Source of the DNA: Alkanindiges sp. WGS2144
GTDB lineage: Bacteria; Pseudomonadota; Gammaproteobacteria; Pseudomonadales; Moraxellaceae
Assembly: GCF_043950625.1 (NCBI RefSeq)
Contig: NZ_CP171007.1
Reading direction: 5' to 3' (one strand)
DNA: 32,000 nt
Shown here: piece by piece, positions 27,401 to 32,000 of the stretch
Numbering within the stretch: the stretch's first letter is position 1
How the letters are laid out: the number at the start of each line of letters is the position of its first letter
Notes under the pieces: generated by a model
Seen by the model: only the letters and a program-made list of their open reading frames with translations
Told to the model about the DNA's origin: nothing
The model's database searches: none
Made by a program: the position numbers and the translations under genes

Positions 27401-27900
27401 CACCAATGCTATTTGACTACACTAGTCATACCCAAAGTAGTGAAGTGAAGTTTGTTCTGGATTTGCAAAGTTATATCAATACTCCAGATGCCAATGAACT
27501 CCTGAAAAATCATGAACTCTATTTGTTGCGTAATGCTGATAATAAGTATCGTGGACTAGGTTTCGCCTTGGCAGGTAATTTTTACCCTGATTTTTTATTG
27601 TGGCTAGTGAATAAACAAACAGGGCAGCAATATTTAACTTTAGTTGATCCTAAAGGCATCCGAAACATGAATCACGATGATGCTAAAATTGAGCTCTACA
27701 AAGAGATAAAAAGTATTGAAGCAAAACTCGATCATTCTGACTTGATTTTGAATAGCTTTATTTTGTCTATTACCCCAATGAAAGATATTCTGAATAACTC
27801 TCTTTCTGAAGAAGAGTTTGCTGAAAAAAATGTCTTATTTATGGTGGGTAATGGGACAGCTTATCTTGAGCAAATGTTGAAGAAAATTTTTGTTCAATAA
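24478..27900 (+). CDS. Res-like SF2 helicase/ATPase fused to C-terminal PD-DxK nuclease
   Basis: 1140 aa. GTG start with GAGGAG about 9 nt upstream, 6 nt after the mod stop. Motifs: Walker A ATGSGKT (aa 172-178), motif II LIDEGH (277-280), III SAT (307-309), V/VI FTEGWSSWRV...QLFGRGVRL. The nuclease motif is YPD(1038)FLLW...LVD(1057)PK(1059)G. Confidence 0.88.
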   Translation: MAKAPKAKTKAVKVNFHEQLILNKWLWSKFNPNRLEGMKQQLDYPQFEGIEYEGDNAGQTKFFSVISNTLFNKQVVDIDVLRRYDLNIVKHWQKITEKRNEIEGHILNLKYFQYLSLLFTELYLDQYFNHQADMLNELNVELEQYNDDQKIDADQFQQYLPEDLNKIGYWNATGSGKTLLMHVNILQYLDYFQKQNGDSTYPDQIILLTPNEGLSEQHLQELTDSGFQATLFDKQKSRNNLYRDEIQIIDMNKLSDTDGDKTVATMSLEGRNLVLIDEGHRGTSSSAGAWMERRDILTKDGFSFEYSATFGQAVSKADNVYKRFEDAKKQKAKMLYGMAINKLTEEQKKNIQLDELEQQKYRREALREVYAKSILFDYSYKYFYADGYGKEVNILNMKEYHEDDERNLYLTACLLSFYQQQYLFKKNQAKLAKFNIEKPLWVFVGNKVNDDDSDILAIVKFLADFLDASRKSKVIGWLHDLITNTSRLVDPKGNNIFANRFAPLHGQNATDLYQDILKSFFNATTNQRLNVVRITANKGELRLQVGENTPFAVINVGDEKGLYDNCENSSQTHYINARTDDFAESLFPTLNNDDSETHLLIGSRKFTEGWSSWRVSTMGLLNMGSGEGAQIIQLFGRGVRLKGENFSLKRTPREIYSKAEYKGLHLDLMQTINIFGLRADYMEKFRDYLNDEGIILNQDLVTLDFPTNKIQAPRLKTLTLKDGYKDNQANGFKAQLKLSMFKIPKQYEGKIKKPFVVLDLYPRLQAFHTDKSKRQIDVKDKRQEHEIPPKIMCMFDFDEIYLQLQQYKFQRGYSNLQLNVDDLQEFCLRDIKTSTEDWYKLLVDSSELTNDVSGIKKQQAILTELLQSYMDKFYHAIKNAYEGQFYEVTEFSLDDKDLPVQICEQYTLTAKDGQNNEAQEVFDRLEKLKDLVAKGDVEKLVPWKEDGSFRAITFDRHLFYPLLDKKDESLPFTWSPMLFDYTSHTQSSEVKFVLDLQSYINTPDANELLKNHELYLLRNADNKYRGLGFALAGNFYPDFLLWLVNKQTGQQYLTLVDPKGIRNMNHDDAKIELYKEIKSIEAKLDHSDLILNSFILSITPMKDILNNSLSEEEFAEKNVLFMVGNGTAYLEQMLKKIFVQ

Positions 27901-27903
27901 AGT

Positions 27904-28914
27904 ATGGGACAAATTGAAAATATGAAATACCAACCGCCTTATACCATCACCTCAAAAATCATTCATCTGATTGCTCAGATCAGTGAAAATATAGGGCGTT
28001 TGACTGTTTTAGAGGAAATTCAGGACAGCTTAAAACTACGAAAAGCCAATCGTATCCGTACCATTCAAGGCTCACTGGCGATTGAAGGGAACACTTTAAG
28101 TACGGAACAGATCACGGCGATTCTAAATGGTAAGACCGTAATTGCACCTCCAAAAGAAGTTCAAGAAGTGCGTAATGCGATTAAAGCCTATGAAGCCTTT
28201 CAGCAGTGGCAACCAAGTCAAGAGTCGGACTTACTACAAGCTCATCAAATTTTAATGACAGGCTTGATTGATGAAGTTGGTCAGTATCGTCATGGTGGTG
28301 TCGGTGTAATGTCAGGTGATCGAGTGGTGCATATGGCTCCGCCTGCAAATCAAATTAATCGACTGATGGTTGACTTACTTGATTGGTTAAATGATAGCGA
28401 AGTGCATCCTCTTATCCAAAGTTCAGTATTTCACTATGAGTTTGAATTTATTCATCCATTTGCGGATGGTAATGGGCGCATGGGAAGGCTATGGCAAACT
28501 TTAATATTAAGCAGATGGAATCCAATCTTTGCTAATATTCCTGTTGAGAGTTTGATCTATCAAAATCAAAAAGCCTACTATGAGGCTTTGCAAGCAAGTA
28601 CAGACCGAACAGATTCAGCCCCATTTATAGAATTCATCTTACAGATGATTTTAGATGCCATTCTTAGTTCAACTGATACCGCTCAAGATAGCGATCATGC
28701 TACCGCTCAAGTGAGCGACCAAGTTCAGCGTTTACTTTCGGCAATGAAGCAAGAAGATTATACTTTAGCTGAATTGATGCAATTGGTTGGATTAACGCAT
28801 CGAGCAACGTTCCAAAAGAATTACTTAAATCCTGCAATAGAAGCAGATTTGATTGAGCGTACTATTCCAGATAAGCCGAAAAGTCCGAAACAAAGATATA
28901 GATTAAAAAGATAA
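27904..28914 (+). CDS. Fic-family (AMPylase-type) protein, class II, with C-terminal winged-helix
   Basis: 336 aa starting 3 nt after the res-like stop. The Fic motif HPFADGNGRMGR (aa 184-195) is intact. An N-terminal inhibitory-helix motif SLAIEG (aa 57-62) fits (S/T)xxxE(G/N). The C-terminal ...LIERTIPDKPKSPKQRYRLK is a wHTH-type tail. An alternative start is the ATG at 27922. Confidence 0.88.
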   Translation: MGQIENMKYQPPYTITSKIIHLIAQISENIGRLTVLEEIQDSLKLRKANRIRTIQGSLAIEGNTLSTEQITAILNGKTVIAPPKEVQEVRNAIKAYEAFQQWQPSQESDLLQAHQILMTGLIDEVGQYRHGGVGVMSGDRVVHMAPPANQINRLMVDLLDWLNDSEVHPLIQSSVFHYEFEFIHPFADGNGRMGRLWQTLILSRWNPIFANIPVESLIYQNQKAYYEALQASTDRTDSAPFIEFILQMILDAILSSTDTAQDSDHATAQVSDQVQRLLSAMKQEDYTLAELMQLVGLTHRATFQKNYLNPAIEADLIERTIPDKPKSPKQRYRLKR

Positions 28915-28955
28915 CAATACATTCAATTGTGGATAAATCAAGACATATCCGCAAT

Positions 28956-29125
28956 CAGTAAAATCCTATTCAAATCTGCTACAATTACGCCAATTTTGAA
29001 TTCCCACTTTTTCAGTTTTAGTACATATTTAGAAATGTGTACATAACTGTGTACATATTGTAGATTTTTCTTATGTTTAAAGATGAATTAGCTAGAGAAG
29101 TAAAGGCTCGTAGAACCTTTGCCAT
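28956..29125 (+). repeat. right copy of the island-flanking direct repeat (island-type prfC leader + first 17 codons)
   Basis: Homologous to 13961-14129 (see that feature). It carries a tandem TGTGTACATA-AC-TGTGTACATA (29036-29057) that recurs inside the island at 17171-17192. Confidence 0.85.
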
Positions 29126-30662
29126 CATTTCGCACCCAGACGCCGGTAAAACCACTATGACCGAAAGACTCCTGCTATGGGGTAAAGCCATTAGCGTGGC
29201 CGGTACAGTTAAAAGCCGCAAATCAGATCGTCATGCCACTTCCGACTGGATGGAGATGGAAAAGGAACGCGGTATTTCCATTACGACATCGGTCATGCAG
29301 TTTCCTTATAAAGACCATACCATCAACCTGCTGGATACACCGGGGCACGAGGATTTCTCGGAAGATACCTATCGCACTCTGACTGCGGTGGATTCTGCCC
29401 TGATGGTGATTGACGGGGCAAAAGGGGTAGAAGAGCGTACTATCAAACTGATGGATGTATGCCGTATGCGCGATACGCCAATTATTTCTTTTGTAAATAA
29501 ACTCGACCGCGAAATTCGGGAGCCACTGGAGCTTCTGGATGAAATTGAAAGTGTGCTCAAAATTCGCTGTGTGCCTATTACCTGGCCGCTTGGTATGGGA
29601 CGTGATTTTGCGGGTGTTTATCATATTAGCCAAAACAAAACCTATATTTATCAGCCGGGACACGGGACAGAAATCGTCGAGGTCGAAGTGCGCGATGGTT
29701 ATGATTATCCCGATATCCGGGAAAAACTGGGTGACCTGGCCTTTAAATCATTTGAAGAGTCGCTGGAACTCGTACAAATGGCAGGGGATGAGCTGGATGC
29801 CGAGCAGTTCCTGACAGGTAAGCAGACGCCAGTATTGTTTGGCACGGCTTTGGGTAATTTTGCGGTAGATCATGTGCTTAATGCGTTTGTAGACTGGGCA
29901 CCGCCGCCCAAAGCACATCCGGCGCAGGAGCGTATGGTTGAGGCCACCGAAGCAGGCTTTAGCGGTTTTGTATTTAAAATTCAGGCCAATATGGATCCCA
30001 AGCATCGTGACCGTATTGCCTTTATGCGCATTTGTTCAGGCCGTTATGAAAAAGGCCTGAAAATGAATCATGTACGGCTGGGTAAGGAGGTACGTATTAG
30101 CGATGCCTTAACGTTTCTGGCCGGTGAGCGCGAGCATCTGGAAGAAGCCTGGCCGGGTGATATTATTGGCCTGCATAATCATGGCACCATTCAAATTGGT
30201 GACACCTTTACCAGTGGCGAGAACTTGCATTTTACCGGTATTCCGCACTTTGCGCCTGAGCTGTTTCGCCGTGTGCGCCTAAAAGACCCATTAAAGTCCA
30301 AGCAGCTGCAAAAAGGCTTAAAAGAGTTGTCCGAAGAAGGGGCAACCCAGGTGTTTATGCCGCAAATCAGTAATGACTTAATTGTAGGTGCGGTTGGGGT
30401 GCTGCAATTTGACGTAGTGGCCTATCGCCTCAAGGAAGAGTACAAGGTAGATTGCGTGTATGAACCGATCAATGTTAATACAGTGCGCTGGATTCACTGT
30501 GACGATGAAAAAATACTTAATGACTTCAAGAAAAAGGCGCATGATCAGTTGTCCATTGATGGCGGTGGTTATTTGACTTATCTGGCACCCAGCCGGGTAA
30601 ACCTGCAACTCATGCAGGAGCGCTGGCCAGATATTGAATTCCGCTCTACCCGCGAGCATTAA
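29073..30662 (+). CDS. prfC: peptide chain release factor 3
   Basis: 529 aa. GTPase G1 [13 protein letters not shown]3 DTPGHEDF, G4 NKLD. Full-length collinearity with RF3. Confidence 0.96.
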   Translation: MFKDELAREVKARRTFAIISHPDAGKTTMTERLLLWGKAISVAGTVKSRKSDRHATSDWMEMEKERGISITTSVMQFPYKDHTINLLDTPGHEDFSEDTYRTLTAVDSALMVIDGAKGVEERTIKLMDVCRMRDTPIISFVNKLDREIREPLELLDEIESVLKIRCVPITWPLGMGRDFAGVYHISQNKTYIYQPGHGTEIVEVEVRDGYDYPDIREKLGDLAFKSFEESLELVQMAGDELDAEQFLTGKQTPVLFGTALGNFAVDHVLNAFVDWAPPPKAHPAQERMVEATEAGFSGFVFKIQANMDPKHRDRIAFMRICSGRYEKGLKMNHVRLGKEVRISDALTFLAGEREHLEEAWPGDIIGLHNHGTIQIGDTFTSGENLHFTGIPHFAPELFRRVRLKDPLKSKQLQKGLKELSEEGATQVFMPQISNDLIVGAVGVLQFDVVAYRLKEEYKVDCVYEPINVNTVRWIHCDDEKILNDFKKKAHDQLSIDGGGYLTYLAPSRVNLQLMQERWPDIEFRSTREH

Positions 30663-30970
30663 TTTGCTGACTACGTTAACTTAAGGGATGATTAACTGAG
30701 CGATGAAAGCACAGCCGTATAACACGTCGAGACTACTCAAACTGGGTTTGGTTGCCTTGGTGGCTTTATGTATGCCTCGTAGTGTGGCTAGTCCTGAGCT
30801 GCGCCTTGTTAAACAAAATCGTAAAACAGAATAGACACAGTCATCCAATAGAAGTAGGCAACAATAGACACAGATTACAGATCATCAATAAAAGCTGCGC
30901 TTATTACACATTAAATGATTAAGGTATCAACTAGAATAAGAACTTGTTTTTATAGGGGTTAACCGTATTT

Positions 30971-31834
30971 ATGAATAAAGTAATGCTAACATACCTGCTT
31001 GTATTAAGTAGCGGTATGATGACCACTGCCTGTCAGAAGCATAAGGAAGTGCCTGAAAAACCCGCCGCCAGTGATTCACAGTCTACCCCTCAGCCGCATC
31101 AGATGAGTGTAAAACAAGTGCCGGCTAATTATAAGTTACCTGCCTGTGAGGGTGAAGGATGCCCTGAAGTAGATATACAGCGCCTACAAACCAGCAACCA
31201 CTGGGTAAATCAGTTTGTAGACCGGGAGATTCTGCAACTATCCAGTGTCCAGTTAAGTGAAGAGCAGCCAAAACCCACCAGTATCCAGGATAATGTCGAT
31301 CGCTTTTTGCAGGCTGCCAAACAGGATAGCGCTGCAAGGGGAGCGCCTGTACCCTATAGTATGCAGGTAACGCCAGAGTATCTGGGTCAAAAAGGTGATA
31401 TTGCCCTGCTTAAAATTAGCGCAGCGTATTATACCGGGGGTGCCCATGGCAGCGCGCTGGATAATTACTATAATCTGGACTTAAAGCAAAAAAAACAGTT
31501 AGGTCTGGATGATATTCTGGTACCTGCCCAGCGCCAGCAATTGCATCAGCTGTTTTATCAGCAGTTTGTGGCCTGGATTAAAGAAAATGATGCCAAGACA
31601 GATCTGGATGAGTACGAGCAGACCTGGCCATTTAAGCTCACAGACAATTTTACCTTTGATCTGGACGGCCTCAAGCTATCGTATGCGCAATATGAAATTG
31701 GGCCGTACGTAGTCGGTATGCCAGAATTTACTGTTCCGTATGCGCAGTTAAACGGTATCATCAAGCCAGAATACCTTAAAGCGCCTGTCCAGCTTAATGT
31801 TCCCAAACAGCATGTCATTCCTGCCCCTGATTGA
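30971..31834 (+). CDS. DUF3298/DUF4163-type lipoprotein
   Basis: Signal peptide ending ...GMMTTAC|QK (lipobox-like). YYTGGAHGS and YEIGPYVVGMPEFTVPY are signatures of the DUF3298 (PdaC/RsiV-like) domain. Confidence 0.8.
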   Translation: MNKVMLTYLLVLSSGMMTTACQKHKEVPEKPAASDSQSTPQPHQMSVKQVPANYKLPACEGEGCPEVDIQRLQTSNHWVNQFVDREILQLSSVQLSEEQPKPTSIQDNVDRFLQAAKQDSAARGAPVPYSMQVTPEYLGQKGDIALLKISAAYYTGGAHGSALDNYYNLDLKQKKQLGLDDILVPAQRQQLHQLFYQQFVAWIKENDAKTDLDEYEQTWPFKLTDNFTFDLDGLKLSYAQYEIGPYVVGMPEFTVPYAQLNGIIKPEYLKAPVQLNVPKQHVIPAPD

Positions 31835-32000
31835 TACCCATACGCACTTTGATGGGTTAGAGTTTGATCACGACCGCCTAGAGCTCGCTGAGCTAGCCTG
31901 GCAGCGAGGTGTTAAGGCACTGGTGCTTATCGGCTTTTTGGCAGGTCGCTTTGATGATCTATTGCGGGTACAGCAGCAAATCAATCAGGCAGGCATGCCT
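31812..32000 (+). CDS. TatD-family metal-dependent hydrolase, N-terminal 63 codons (runs off the right edge)
   Basis: Absent from the ORF track because it is open-ended. The ATG at 31812 gives MSFLPLIDTHTHFDGLEFDHDRLELAELAWQRGVKALVLIG..., the TatD N-terminal HxH motif. It overlaps the previous gene by 23 nt. Confidence 0.7.
   Translation, partial: MSFLPLIDTHTHFDGLEFDHDRLELAELAWQRGVKALVLIGFLAGRFDDLLRVQQQINQAGMP

Larger units (their letters stand above)
14130..29125 (+). mobile_element. degenerate, integrase-less genomic island at the 5' end of prfC
   Basis: Bracketed by the two prfC-leader repeats and visibly AT-richer than the flanks. Single-line G+C spot counts: 32/60 in nrdA (8521-8580), 23/60 in the SNF2 gene (18901-18960), 19/60 in the res-like gene (27661-27720). 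It holds three IS elements plus a restriction-like cassette. Confidence 0.75.

Noticed and set aside
18369-27900. Classifying the cassette as DISARM, BREX or plain Type III R-M
   Set aside because: DISARM needs DrmA/DrmB(DUF1998)/DrmC(PLD), and BREX needs PglZ/BrxC. I see no such ORFs or motifs. Plain Type III does not explain the SNF2 gene or the 1040-aa Mod. I keep it as an unclassified restriction-like system pending HMM searches.
29018-30659. Minus-strand and off-frame ORFs overlapping prfC
   Set aside because: They are embedded in the full-length RF3 gene and are shadow ORFs.
30703-30834. 43-codon ORF after prfC (MKAQPYNTSRLLKLGLVALVALCMPRSVASPELRLVKQNRKTE)
   Set aside because: It has a signal-peptide-like hydrophobic core but no Shine-Dalgarno and no proper lipobox. 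It is too short to support without conservation data.
1-32000. Search for CRISPR arrays, tRNA, rRNA and tmRNA genes
   Set aside because: By eye I found no regularly spaced direct repeats with unique spacers, no cloverleaf-like or rRNA-like conserved sequences. The island target is a protein gene (prfC), not a tRNA.

Overview
The window looks like an Acinetobacter-type (Moraxellaceae) chromosome; BfmR/BfmS are recognisable. The backbone is housekeeping: a DIP1984-like gene, fghA, rpe, pncB, four small self-contained genes, nrdB-nrdA, bfmR-bfmS, an SRPBCC gene, prfC, a DUF3298 lipoprotein and a tatD-like gene. Between about 14.13 and 29.1 kb it is interrupted by a visibly AT-richer island of about 15 kb at the 5' end of prfC. 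The island is bracketed by diverged direct repeats of about 170 bp (13961-14129 and 28956-29125), each carrying a prfC leader plus the first 17 codons. The left, presumably native, copy is cut off by an IS3-family element. The intact prfC reads from the right, island-type copy. This resembles the known SXT/R391 mode of integration into prfC. The left third of the island is wreckage: IS3, an ABM-monooxygenase gene, a 3'-truncated IS21 and an IS481, none with target duplications. It also holds a possible 9-codon integrase remnant with arm-like repeats. The only substantial cargo is a co-directional four-gene cassette (18369-28914). It encodes a 945-aa SNF2 helicase with an unassigned C-terminal domain, and a 1040-aa Mod-like beta-class methyltransferase with large extra N- and C-terminal regions. 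It also encodes a 1140-aa Res-like SF2 helicase fused to a PD-DxK nuclease, and a class-II Fic protein. The cassette does not fit canonical Type III R-M, DISARM or BREX, and it is my candidate for the unusual system in this window. Backbone observations: a phased array of 5-6 same-orientation DnaA boxes upstream of nrdA, a strong intrinsic terminator between bfmR and bfmS, and a perfect palindrome upstream of bfmR. I saw no rRNA, tRNA or CRISPR array. All homology calls rest on motif recognition by eye; no database search was run.
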